The position numbers were made by a program, and so were the translations under genes. A DNA stretch of 64,000 bases, from assembly GCA_030390025.1 (NCBI GenBank), contig CM059435.1, positions 94,364,001-94,428,000 on the forward strand, written 5' to 3'. Positions 1 to 11,960 of the stretch are shown piece by piece. The DNA is from Squalus acanthias (taxonomy: Eukaryota). How positions within the stretch are numbered: the stretch's first letter is position 1; each line of letters opens with the position of its first letter. A model generated the notes under the pieces. That model was not told the DNA's origin. It did not search any database and saw nothing but the letters and a program-made list of their open reading frames with translations.

Positions 1-226
1 CAAAGCGATTCACAGCCAATGAATTATTTTTGAAGTGGAGTCACTGTTGTAATGTAGGAAACGTGGCAGCAAATTTGCACACAGCAAGCTCCCACAAACA
101 GCAATGTGATAATGACCAGATAATCTGTTTTAGTGAAGTTGGTTGAGGGATAATTATTGGCCAGGAGACCGGGGAGAACTCCCCTGCTTTTCAAATAGTG
201 CCGTGGGATCTTTTACATCCAGCTGA
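1..226 (-). mobile_element. Deu-domain tRNA SINE fragment (SacSINE1-like), truncated by window start
   Basis: Similar to the interrupted copy at 27641-27710/29251-29613 (cacagccaatgaa...ttttga...aatttgcacacagcaag.tcccaca...aatgaccag.taatct.ttttagtga.gttggttgagggataatt.ttggcca); resembles recalled shark DeuSINE consensus. Confidence 0.8.
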
Positions 227-446
227 AAGTACTGAACAGTTAATAAAACATGACTTGGTGTAGTTGAGATATGGAAAAGATGCTTTCCTCGGGCTGCACC
301 ATGTTCGAGTTCCACCACACTTTGAATGGAGCAGTGGAAGTTGATTTCACACCCAGGATTGAATGAGTTACTGATTCTCAATTGTGCAATCTATGGGGAA
401 ATACTGAGCAGAGACCAAGCCTTAGGGAAGGAGTGAGAATCACCAA

Positions 447-1453
447 GGCTGTGATTTCGCCTACCGAGGTGGGTCTGGTGCAGCCGGGGTCGGTGGCTAT
501 TAATGTGTTGTCAAACATTGAAATCTTTATTTTCAACACTTTGCATTCTTGGACAGATTTGTGTGCACCTTTGGAAGTGGCTTAGTGAATTGCAGTGAAT
601 GGTGAGACATAACGGTAGCCCCCACAATGGCGATGAGTGTGAAAGGAATGGCTTGGGCGTTGTAGGGAGGCCTTATGGTATTGGTGTGGGGTGGTGCCAA
701 CCTGGCGCATCATGTGACAGCCAGAGTGTACAGCGTCAAGTGAAGTAAATCTGGCTATGGTGAGGCCATCCCTGGCGTCCTGGGCAGCAATGTGATTGGG
801 TGCTGATGCCCTGTGTCCTGTGCAGCATCAGTTGATTGCGGAGAAGGTTGGTGTTGTTGTTGGTGCTGCTGGTATGCCTGGTGCAGCTGGTGTTGGGGCT
901 GATCGTGGTGGGATTCTGAGGACCAAGATGAGATAGTTTCAAGGGCACCGATGTTGATGGAATAGATGGCAGGTGAAGTTGAGATGACAGAAGCGATCTG
1001 TCAATGGTGAGAGAGGTTGTTCCAATGAGATGACACTGGAGAGAGAGTTTGCTCCAAACACTTGCAAGCTGCATAAAGTTCAATCTGTCTTCCAAATGCA
1101 GTAAGCAACAGCTTCTAACCTTGGAAAGTGAACAGCTATGAAATGGGAGCTTTTATAGAACATTTGCAGCTGTCAAGTTAAGAAATCATCCCATGCTGAC
1201 ACAACTCCCGACCTGCTTACCTGACGTGATCCCCAAGCAGCGGGGAAGCCGTGAGTGAACTCTTTAAAATCTAAAGGTGAGCTTAAAATAGTTTTTAAGT
1301 GCCTGTTAACAAGCTCTTAATAATCTAAATTACCTCCCCCACCGCTTGGTGTCGGGTCTGTTCAGCGATGACAAACCCGACATCAGGGAAACTAGTGTGG
1401 AGGTGGTTGACAGCAGGTTCCCTACCCGCTGTCAAAAAATTCCCCCCCCCCCC
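447..1453 (-). mobile_element. Non-autonomous PIF/Harbinger deletion derivative (family A)
   Basis: Left end GGCTGTGATTTCGCC, right end AAAAATTCCCC(n), flanked by 3-bp direct repeat CAA (444-446, 1454-1456); 500-1350 is the reverse complement of the 52770-53600 part of the larger copy; minus strand encodes IAAQDARDGLTIARFT, like a Harbinger transposase C-terminus. Confidence 0.8.
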
Positions 1454-2210
1454 CAAGGGTCCCAATCTTACAGCTTCTGTTATTGAGAAGTGGGGTAAGT
1501 GCATGACTCGGGGAGACCTCAAGAAGGAAAAAAGGAAGGAGAAAAATAAAATAATATACAACAAGGTCCTCCCGCAGGACTTTTTCCTCAGAGAAATAAA
1601 AGATAACTCATATTCAGAAAGAAAGTGAAGTTCATACAAAACTAAACATTTAGTTGGCTTCTGCTTCAACGAGCACATACATGGGGAACTCGCATAGTTC
1701 ATGAATTTGTGTATTTTATTTTAATCTGCAGAATTGGTCAATGTGCTATCTTCCCCTCAGTTCTTTCTCTAACCCACTAAGCTATTTTGGTTATTTGGGA
1801 ATACAGGTCAGTCCTGGCAGGATAGCACGAGATGACTTGCCACCAATGTTGCTCCCTATCTGACCAAAGACGGGTGAACTTTGAGCAGGCTAAAATGAAG
1901 TGTCAGTTTTTCTTCCCTTTTGCAGGTGGAAAGTTGCAGGCTGCACCATCTAGGTTCCTGCTGAGAACTTACCACAAGTTCCAAGGCTTCGAATGCCACA
2001 CAGCATTGCCCATCTCGGGGATACTTGCTCTGGTCATTATGTAATGACATTGTAAATATGTTCTTTTTATTTACGCATTTAAGATCATTATAATCATTTG
2101 AAAATCGGGTATGCTATCAGTGTGTTCAGCTCTCTTATCTTGTCTGAGAAAGGATGAACAATTATGTTACTAGTTTCTCTGTGAAAGTTCAGCCCAGAAT
2201 ACAAGAAAAT

Positions 2211-2700
2211 GGGGTCAATTTTCACTGGAGTACCTGGCGTTAACGGGACGGTAACGACCTCAAAATAAGGTTGGTAACTTTACCATTAACACCAGCGATG
2301 CGGTCAGCTACATTTGAAATCCGCCTACCAGCGGGTGTCCAAAGCGACTGCCCCAATTGCCATTTTAGATCGGAACTCTTCGGAGCCTGCGCGCACACAC
2401 TTAGACCAGTTCCACAGGCAATGAAACTGAAGAGGCCCGGCAAAGGTAAGAGTCAAATTATTTTTGTGGACCCCGGAGGAGCAACAGTGCTCCACTGAGG
2501 CCCACAAAAATAATCTTGGCCGCTGCCACCCTAAGACCCCCACCCTCTGCAATCACGACCGACGCCCCCCCCCCCCCCCCCCCCCCGCCACAAGCTGGTG
2601 GCTGCCACAGCCCTATTGTGAGGCTTCAATCCGACGAGCTGTATCAGGATGTCTGTTCGGCCCCCACATCACACCTGCCAATTTAAATGCTGCTAGGTTT
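2211..2700. mobile_element. GC-rich MITE-like DNA transposon remnant (TIR GGGGTCAATTTT family)
   Basis: Starts GGGGTCAATTTT; internal block gaagaggccc.gcaaaggtaag...ggccgc...atcacgacc..C-run shared with 43620-43962, which ends in the complementary AAAATTGACCC; right end not resolved. Confidence 0.65.
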
Positions 2701-3323
2701 TGTGGTCCATATTGTCCTACCTCAGTTGCCTTTCTTGTTCTGAAACCCTGTACGTGATATTGCATTTAGCATTGTACCCACCTTAAAGGCAGCATCAGAT
2801 AACATAGCTGATATGTTCGATTAACAACAGTTCTATGATCAGTGTGAAAGAGCCATAGCACGAGGCAGTCACTTTTGAAATGTTCTGTTATTGTATGACT
2901 GTATGGATGCTGATGGAAGCCTGAGCTGATCATTGAATCCTAGAACAACATTTGCTGCTATAATCATTAATGTTATTTCACATGCATAAATTGTTCTTTT
3001 GGATTTTTACACATGAGACATTGACCCTATGGCTGGTAAAATGACCAGTTTGTACCCACAGCACAGAAAGGTATACCTGGCAATGATTTCAGGACAGAAA
3101 TCTGATGGAGCAGCTTGATAATGTCATGATCTGAAGTGTGAAAATCTAGTGGCTTAGAACTATCATTTGAAGCCTGAAATGAGGCTACAGCTTTAAAATC
3201 ACCATAGGACATTTTCTATCTTTATGCCAAGTATGTAACTTGATGGGATGGGTTTATTTAATGTTGGGTCTGGTTTTCTTTTGCTGATTTCAGTGCAAAC
3301 ATTGATTAGTAGAGCACTCTAAT

Positions 3324-3456
3324 GGGGTAATTTTAACTTTTTGGCAATAGTGTAAGCGGGGCGTTATCTGATTGGACGTCTGTTATACCCCCTCCCGATT
3401 TTCATTCCAATGAAAGCTAAAAGTTTACACTATTGCCGAGAGCTAAAATTTCCCCC
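3324..3456. mobile_element. Small MITE with ~33-bp imperfect terminal inverted repeats
   Basis: Left ggggtaattttaactttttggcaatagtgtaa vs reverse complement of right end gggggaaattttagctctcggcaatagtgtaa. Confidence 0.8.
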
Positions 3457-3564
3457 ATTCTAAAGCATAAACATGATCACCAGAAATTACAAAAAGTATA
3501 TTTCCAGGTGATTATCAGAAAATAATAAGGCCAATACATGTCATTAGTTGCTATTCTAATGCTG

Positions 3565-3695
3565 GAAGTCGCACAACACCAGGTTATAGTCCAACAGCTT
3601 TATTTGAAATCACAAGCTTTCGGAGCGCTGCTCCTTCGTCAGGTGAAGTCTTCTCACATTTGTCCACCCCAGTCCAACACCGGCATCTCCACATC
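3565..3695. mobile_element. 131-bp Penelope-like non-autonomous retroelement with internal inversion
   Basis: Perfect 12-bp TSD ATTCTAATGCTG at 3553-3564 and 3696-3707; contains hammerhead core on minus strand; resembles recalled shark Penelope pLTR repeat. Confidence 0.8.
3610..3646 (-). ncRNA. Minimal type I hammerhead ribozyme motif
   Basis: Minus strand reads UCAC-CUGACGA-A-GGAGC-AGC-GCUCC-GAAA-GC-UU-GUGA: stem I UCAC/GUGA, core CUGANGA, 5-bp stem II, GAAA, palindromic AGCU in place of stem III, NUH site CUU. Confidence 0.75.
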
Positions 3696-4719
3696 ATTCT
3701 AATGCTGAGCTTTGTAGAGCTGGTAAAATGTAAGTGTGCACATATAAATAGTCCAGAAAAATGGTTTTGTTTTTGACTAGTAATTAAAGTGGCACCATCT
3801 TCATTAAAGTTTTTGCCACTGTTTTTTTCTTGTATTGCAATGCTGTAAATTGCATTGGAACACATTATTGCTTCACATGTGTGTAATATCACGGTGGCAA
3901 AAATAATCCACAGCTCTTCATTCTTCCTAAACTAGAAAAAAGGTTTACAAAGCACTCCCCCTCCCCCCACCCTCCCCATGGGTGGGCAGGACCCTGACCC
4001 AGCCAAACCCCAAGGACTGCTGTCACATTATCCTGACCCTTAAATTGTGTGCAGTTTTCAACATGTGAACAATCATATCAGTCCCCTTAAATATATTTTC
4101 CTGTAAATACCACAACACAAAACGACACAGTGACTTCGCAAAATATATATGTGTTCCCTTTTCTGTAATAAAATAAAGTCAAAACTTTTTTGTGAAGAGG
4201 GTGCACTTTATTACAATATAAAATGAGCCAAACTGACCAGACACAATCTGGATACTTCATTGCATTACTTGACCATCTGATACCCAGCAACAACAAAAAA
4301 TGAATACATAAAGAAGAGGGGTGGAGTAAAGTCTATTGGTCTCTTTATGTATTAAACTTTCTGTGGGGAAAAAAGTACAACATTATTATTGTTTGCATAT
4401 GAATTATTATATATATTCAGAATTTGAAAAGGTTTGAAGCTGACATGCTAAATGATTACAACTGCAGAACATCAGCAGAATACTGATCCTCTTGTAGCTG
4501 GAACTCTGAAATTGTATTTGTTAATAGCTGTGCCCATATCCCTTAATTGGCTTGTTATACATTCTTGCGAGGTTACGTAATTTTAAATGCTATATTCCCT
4601 TACAGTATAAAACTGTGAATAGTCTATATATAAAAGCATAATGAATGAAATGTAAAAAAAATCAAAACATAGTTCTAAATAATGTTTTTGGTGAATTTCT
4701 GTGCTCATTGATGACCCAG

Positions 4720-5052
4720 TATTAGTATCTAGCACTTCACTGCTCACCCCCAGCCTCTGCTTCTTAACCCCAACAACAGAAGGGCACCCCTTGTTGCACG
4801 AGAGTGATTTTCTACACTTCCCACACCATTCCTATGGCCTCTATGAATGAGATTGTCAATTTAATGCCATATTGTGTCAAATTAGGGATGGTGTTGCGCT
4901 GTGGTCCATACCCATTAGGATCTACATTAGAATTGCCCAAGACTATTTCCACTTACAACCAGCAGGGAGAAAAGAATTTTGTCCCATTAATCTGTAAATT
5001 CTAACTTGGATCTCTGAGCTATAGGTCAATATCTAATCCACTACATCACCTG
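4720..5052 (-). mobile_element. Ancient LF-SINE-like SINE relic
   Basis: Reverse complement has tRNA-like head and ccacagc.caa.ac.atcc..aatttgacacaa..tg..a.taaatt...a.tctc core shared with 62221-62635. Confidence 0.55.
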
Positions 5053-5223
5053 GGCACTCTAATTATAGATGCTTAAGTCACATTGATACGAGTCTGAAGT
5101 GACTCCAGTAAAATTTAGTCAGAGTCTTGTTAACATAAAGTACTCTGGTAATTGGTAAGTGTGATGAAGGGTGCCACCAAGAAGACAGCTAATTTCACTT
5201 TATTAATATCTGTGCTGCCAATT

Positions 5224-5462
5224 ATAGAACCATAGAATCATACAGCATTGAAGGAGGCCATTCGGCCCATCATGCCCATGCTGGCTCTTTGAAAGAGCTA
5301 TCCAATTAGTCCATAGCCTGCAAATTTTTCATTTTCAAGTGTATATCAAATTCCCTTTTGAAAGTTACTATTGAATCTGTTTCCACCACCCTCTCAGGCA
5401 GGGCATTCCAGATCGTAACAACTCGCTGTGTAAAAAAATGTTTCCTCATGTCGCCTCTGGTT
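5224..5462 (-). mobile_element. CR1 LINE 3' end fragment
   Basis: Reverse complement of the 15200-15460 CR1 end (tttttacacagcgagtt...atctggaatgc...tggcctcctt...gattctatg). Confidence 0.9.
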
Positions 5463-7459
5463 CAGTCAGTACTAGTACGTGGGGGATATGGGGATTCTGG
5501 ATTAAAACCTGCATTAAATTTACACAGTTGCACTTTTAGAGTCTGCAGAGGTCTTTTCTATGGTGGTGTAACAAAGAAGTGAGTAATTTGGTATTTTAGG
5601 TGCAGCGGCAGTTTTACTCCAGGTTCGGATCCCCTTTGGATTCATTTTGGCACAAATTTGTAGTGTAAATGAGACATTAGATTCACAGCTTGAGGCAGCA
5701 CAGATCAACGTAGTGATCAGCTCTCAAATGTGTAAAAGATTATGAACCAACATTGTGCCACGTCAGTGAATATGAGAGACTGTTTTAATCCACTGCTTGA
5801 AACTGTGAATAACGAAATATGGAGAATCTTCAGGACTTCAGGCTTGCCCTTTGTCTGTATTTAACTCTTTGAAGATTGAAGGATTTTTATAATGACTATG
5901 TAAAATTAATCTGTTTTCCAGTCATCATGAATATTATAAAACCCAGACTATATGAAATATGCACCAATCAAACGATACTAAAAAGAGGAAAATGAAATGT
6001 ATGTTTTTTTTTTGATATATGCTTCACTAATGGGTTTTTAGCCTTCCCAGTATGAATAAGAAGACAATCCATGCAGGCTTTTAATTTTTACACTTAGTCA
6101 TTATTAAATAATATTTCATATAATTGTCAACTTGCAAAATAGTATCATGGTTTTACCAAAAAATGAAGCAAAATGAGTTAGTCTGCGATTTAAAAGGGCA
6201 GTTTTCACCCATTTCATCTTTTATTAATTTAATTTTACATACTCTAATTATCAGTGGAAATTCATCAATTTTAAAGAAAAATCAACTCCCAAAATTGCAC
6301 GGAAAAATGTTGAAGGGACCAATGGAACATTTTTAGATGCAAAAAATTGTCATGATATTATCTGTATGCACCATTTTTTTCTTATAGATTGAAATTTATC
6401 ACCTTAGTTCGTTTTTCTTTATATGGACATTGCTTCAGAGTGGAATGCCTGCCGACACTATGCATATCAGATCAGCCTACTACGACTTCTTTGCACTATA
6501 TTATTTGGCAATCATAAATTTGTAATTTGCATGAAATTGCTTAATTAAAATACAGTCACTAGGGGTATTAATTTCTCTGGCAGTTGAGATGAACCAAATG
6601 CAGACTACAGAACGTGTAAGATCCTGTCAAATGTAGCTGTAAAATAGTGAAAAATGTTCTCTTCGCTTCTTGCGTATGCCAGGGAAAGATTTCCTTTTTT
6701 AACGGAAGCAGAAATGCAAACATACACTTAATTGTAAATGCCTTGCAAAAGGTAGTATTTTGAATATTGGGTACAAATAGAAATCCTTGGTGAAGCATGA
6801 AATAAAGACAGATTTGAATTTTCCATCTTCACGTTTGAATATCTCTGCACCCTGCATTTCTTACCCTTTTGTCTTAAATATCAAAGGGACAGCATACGTG
6901 TTAACATTTTAATAATTTCAAAAGCTACAAAAGAATGGGACAATGAAAAGGCTGAATGTACTGAAGTGGCACACATCAAATGAAAGAGTATTTTTCACGG
7001 TGCTGCTTAGGACTATTTTGACTGGATTCAGAACCCTTGTACCATTCACAAGCTACAAAGACACTCACAGTGATGTGGAGTCAAGGCCTAATTAAAATCC
7101 TTTAACAGATTGAAAGTCCAAGGATTGACACACATTCAAGAACTACAGTTCAAACGGGCTTGTAGCTGGCAGAATCAAACGGCTAGAAAGTGTGGCTTTG
7201 CTGCCCTCAACAGCTTTCTAGTGTAAGCACGCCACCCAATTTGTGAGGGAGCTAATTGGCTCTTTGATGTCTCAGGCAAGGTGTGGGAAAAGGATATGAA
7301 GCCCTTTTGCTACAGATTCACTGTTTATTTAAAAAAAAAACCTTTTGCTGTCTTTTTTCTTGCCTTGTCACCTTGCTGTTATCCTATCTCACGGCTCTTC
7401 TCTGGGTCACAATTTTTGGACTAATTTTCACTTGCTAATTTCCCAGCATAAAAGTGGGA

Positions 7460-7727
7460 NNNNNNNNNNNNNNNNNNNNNNNNNNNNNNNNNNNNNNNNN
7501 NNNNNNNNNNNNNNNNNNNNNNNNNNNNNNNNNNNNNNNNNNNNNNNNNNNNNNNNNNNNNNNNNNNNNNNNNNNNNNNNNNNNNNNNNNNNNNNNNNNN
7601 NNNNNNNNNNNNNNNNNNNNNNNNNNNNNNNNNNNNNNNNNNNNNNNNNNNNNNNNNNNNNNNNNNNNNNNNNNNNNNNNNNNNNNNNNNNNNNNNNNNN
7701 NNNNNNNNNNNNNNNNNNNNNNNNNNN
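7460..7727. other. N-run (268 nt)
   Basis: Undetermined or masked bases in unique non-repetitive sequence. Confidence 0.99.
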
Positions 7728-7803
7728 CTTTAGCTCCCTGCATCAAAGTCCCTCATATGATGTAGACTGTAAATTTGTACCATCTTTGTGGCTTGTCACT
7801 GAT

Positions 7804-7820
7804 TCAAGGTCACATGTGAC
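7804..7820. promoter_or_regulatory. Overlapping ERR/NR5A-type site TCAAGGTCA and 12-bp palindromic E-box GTCACATGTGAC
   Basis: Exact motifs at 7804-7812 and 7809-7820; TCF/LEF-type CATCAAAG at 7741-7748 nearby; function not demonstrated. Confidence 0.3.
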
Positions 7821-10800
7821 GAAGGACTGGCTTCTGTGTAATGCAACTATATGGCTTTAAACCGACCTGCCCAAAACCGATCTCCTCGGGAAAAATAAAG
7901 TGGGTGTGCCATGATAATTGATTGTGAACCCTTCACAGATATTGTTTAAATCTTTGGCATCCAGTTTAGTTAGTTTATAAACCCGGTGCTACATTATAAG
8001 TGAGAAAGTTTAGGACTTCTAAATGTTTGCTCGAAATCTGACAGATTTTCCATGGTGGTCTTGACTTCTGCACTTGTTGGCCATTCACATGCACTGTCAG
8101 TTAAATAGCACATGCCTGTTGGGATGCGTTGAGTTATGAACATTAAATCATCCATCTGCATGGGCGTGAGTGAGCTGCGTTACATATGGTTAATTTTCTG
8201 CAATTCTCTACTTTGTGATTTTTTTTTCTGCACCAGATGTTCAGTGGATTTTTTTTAAGTATCAGTTGTTTCTTGTTTTTTTAACGATGACTTGTGTTAC
8301 ATAGAAGAGGCATGTAACACTAGACACCATCATGAGGTTGGTGGCTTGAAAGCATTAATGCTGTGATCGAGCAGAAGTTTGTGTTATGGGAGCTTACTTC
8401 TGCATTTATAGGTGCATTTAAAAAATGAGAGTTGGAATATGTAAAAGAGTAGCAGGGAAGGAGAAGAGCTCCGATAAAAACAAAACAATGAAGACAGTGA
8501 GACAGAGACATGTAGGTGTAAGAGAAGAACAAACAAGGATCAGACATGAAATGTCGAAGAGGAAAGTGAATAACTGCTGTCAAGAAAGCAGTCCATGCAC
8601 AATCATTCCAGCAAATGGCAGATAGGACCATAAACTATTGATCATAAAGCACTACTGGTAAAATTGTGTGCAAAACACATATTTGCCTGAAACAGCAAGA
8701 GCCAAGAATACCACCCCCCCCCCCCCACCCCGCCCCATGGTGTAACACTCAGGATGTGTTACTGTTTTTACATATAAAAGGAGGAAAAATAAAGACATAA
8801 TATGGTTTCCATATGTTTATGACATACATATAAACACAATGACTGTCTTAGATACATGGCTGTATTATATTGTACTATGTCAGATCATTTACAGGCCAAG
8901 TGTCAAAGAAATGGAGCAGCACTGTTGCGGCCAACATATTTATTCAATATGCATGCAGTTATTTCCAAGTAAATCCATCTGGTTTCAATACTAATGATCA
9001 TGGGTTTGGAATAAATAATATTTAAAATTAGCTGCTATATTTCTGGTTACTTGACCTCATTAATATCATCACACTGTGCCTGTGGAGCTGTACACTGCAT
9101 AGTACTCCCTGATCACAAGACCAGAGATATCAGAACTGTATATTGAATAAAGTATGCTGATGTAACCCTTTAAAAATTCAGGAAACAATTTAAAAAGATA
9201 CAGAAATGACCCACTGTCTGCTCTTATTAAAAAATCTGGGTTTTTTATACTGATTGTATTTCACACTCACCAAAGTCTAGATGTAGCACATTATACGGTA
9301 ATCAGTTTTAATATTGTGTATACAGTATTTTGATTTGAATTCACATTTAAAGAGGTTTATTTGTGTGTCTTGAATATTTTATTGTTTTCTTTCTTTGAAG
9401 AATTACTTTAAAAAAATTAAATTTGACAAATATTAACCCTTTTGAGATTGTATTACAACCTCAAGGATGATAGGCAGACACTTGATCCAGTCCATTGTGA
9501 TAGTTCCACCCATGCAAAAGGCAGAGTGTGTGATGCTGGATATTTACTGGCAGTTCTTTGCAGTGAGGTGGGTGGCACTCACAACTAGACAAGTAGTTTT
9601 CCATATGTGACCTATTGAAATGGACAAGTACCTGTTGATGAATTCCCTGAACCTGATTTAAAAAAAAATAGATGAAGATCCTATTTTTCTTAGGCAAATA
9701 CTTAACTAGAGTCCAACGTGCATAAAATATTCAAAATTACATACACCTGTGGTTTAAAAAAAAGGCTGTTTGTCATAGCTTCAATATGCATGTGGCTGAC
9801 AAAATATAGTCGCATTCTCTTAGGCATATTTTGGCGCTTCTCTATTGTTTTGTGATCTGTGTGTTCTGACTTTTCATTCTAATAAACCGATATGAAAATC
9901 ATACAGAAAGCCAATAGTAAAATTATTAATACAAGGGGTAGTGTTTTGAAAAAAATATACATGCACTGTGCAGTATTAACTGTATATCCTAAATGCTGAT
10001 AGCTTCATATTTGTAGAAATATAACTTTGTATCTCCATGATTTAAGGTACACTTGTGTACAGCCTTTACCATATAGGAAGCGATCTTTGAAATTGTTTTG
10101 TGTGTTGAATGCTAAGAGGATGTTCTTTCAGTAACCGATCCTTCTGTTCATAGCCCCACAGTTTGAAGACTCGCTGTTCCTGGTATTAATTATCTTTTGT
10201 TTGCCCTTGATAATCCTGAGGTCGGTATGTAGTTAATGAAGGCAGCAGAATCATCTCATGGTAAAAATGCTGGCATGGTAATTACTGCATCCCGACATGT
10301 GAAAAAAAGGAATGTTTCACACGTTAAAAAGAGACACACTTGGCAGAATACCTATATGAATAGAATAAATTATAGATATTGCGGCAGTACAATTTATTAA
10401 ATACACCTCAGTAGTTAGGAAAAATACATGAAACATTCTGTAGTTTGCATAATAAAAAGTTTGAGATTGAAGCATAGGTAAAAAAAAAGGACACTGGTTA
10501 GAAACTCTTAAATGCTTACAGCAGCATTTTACATTTTCGCACGTAACACAATTTTTGTCTATATCCAGAGATCGCTGTTAATAAGGGAATCGCTCATCTC
10601 TTCTGTGCTTTAATTTTCCTTTCTGGTCTTTCAGTGTATTGTCTGCTTTGAGAATGCAATCTTGTGTGGTCATAAGGACCAAATGATTATATAACCTTTC
10701 TATTGATGAAGCTGTTGGATAATTTGAACACTATGATGGCATTTTGCATCAAAATAATATAAAAATACAGGATTTTTTTTTGCTTTTAAAAGAAATGTGT

Positions 10801-11767
10801 GAATGAAGAATAGGGTTTGTGGATCTGCACTTTCTAAAAATTAGAACTTAAAATGTGTTTTTAAGGACAAAATTGTTCAATAGATGAATTTGCCAATCTA
10901 CTGTTGTTTCCATATTTTACCATCCTTTAGTGAGGCTCAGATGGAATGTGCTAAATTGTCCAAATTAATGTAAATAATGAAAATTTGAGTAATGGAAAGT
11001 TGCAAAGTTTTGATTGACTAGTGAAACATATTGAATCATTTTGAGACCAAAAATAAATCTAATCTCTCAATCAGTTGACTACACTTGTTTATATTCCTTT
11101 AAAATCAAGGTTAATGCTGATAATATCGGGTGATTGCGAGATATAATTGACTCCGCAGACCCAGCAACCTTGCAGAGGGTTTTTTGCAACCATTTGTACT
11201 CAGATGTAATCTTGAGCAGCACAATATAGGTGCAGTTTACTACCTCATATATCTGCTGTTTTTCATTCAGCAGTTCTGAAGAGAGGGCCAGAGAGCAGTA
11301 TTACTGACTATCTACATTGTCAAAAATGTCTTGGCGTTTTAAGGAAAGAATTTTTATTAAAACAGGCAATCGATTTAATGCAGTTGTAACATCTCTCTTT
11401 AGCAAAATGCAATATTTTTAGCCAGTCAATTTTGTTACTTTGTTTACACAAATATGAATTTTAAAATATATATATATAATTGCCCTGGAACAACAAAATA
11501 CCATTTATTAATAAAACCACATCTAAGTGGTTTAAGTTCAAACTGCTCTCACATATCTGCAAATAATCCTATTAAAAAAAATCTGTCTGATAGTTTCAAT
11601 TTTTCCTGCTACGACACAACATCTGAGATTAAAGACTATCCTCTATTTTGGAAATGGGAATCCAGCACTGCATGAGAAATTCCAGCATTGGAGCTTAACC
11701 TAGCACTGCCTCAGAAATTTATCATATTATTCTCGTTATGCCTCAAATATTTCAAATAAAAGATTGT

Positions 11768-11960
11768 GGGGGTGAAATTGGACTTCAGGGTAGTGCCAAA
11801 TGGGCGATAGCAAATCGGCAGCCCGTTTTACACCACCCCACCCTCCGCACTGCCTGATTTTATTTTATTTTCCATGGAAAAGGAAACCAGGCGGGATTAA
11901 AACGGGCTGCTGATTCGCTATCGCCCGTTTTGCGCTACTGCAAAAGTCGAATTTCACCTC
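11768..11960. mobile_element. MITE with ~60-bp terminal inverted repeats
   Basis: Left ggggtgaaattggactt...tgggcgatagcaaatcggcagcccgtttta; right-end reverse complement gaggtgaaattcgactt...cgggcgatagcgaatcagcagcccgtttta. Confidence 0.85.

Noticed and set aside
1906-2044. Plus-strand acceptor (ttttcttccctttTGCAG) and short frame
   Set aside because: No good donor, short unrecognised peptide, no partner exons
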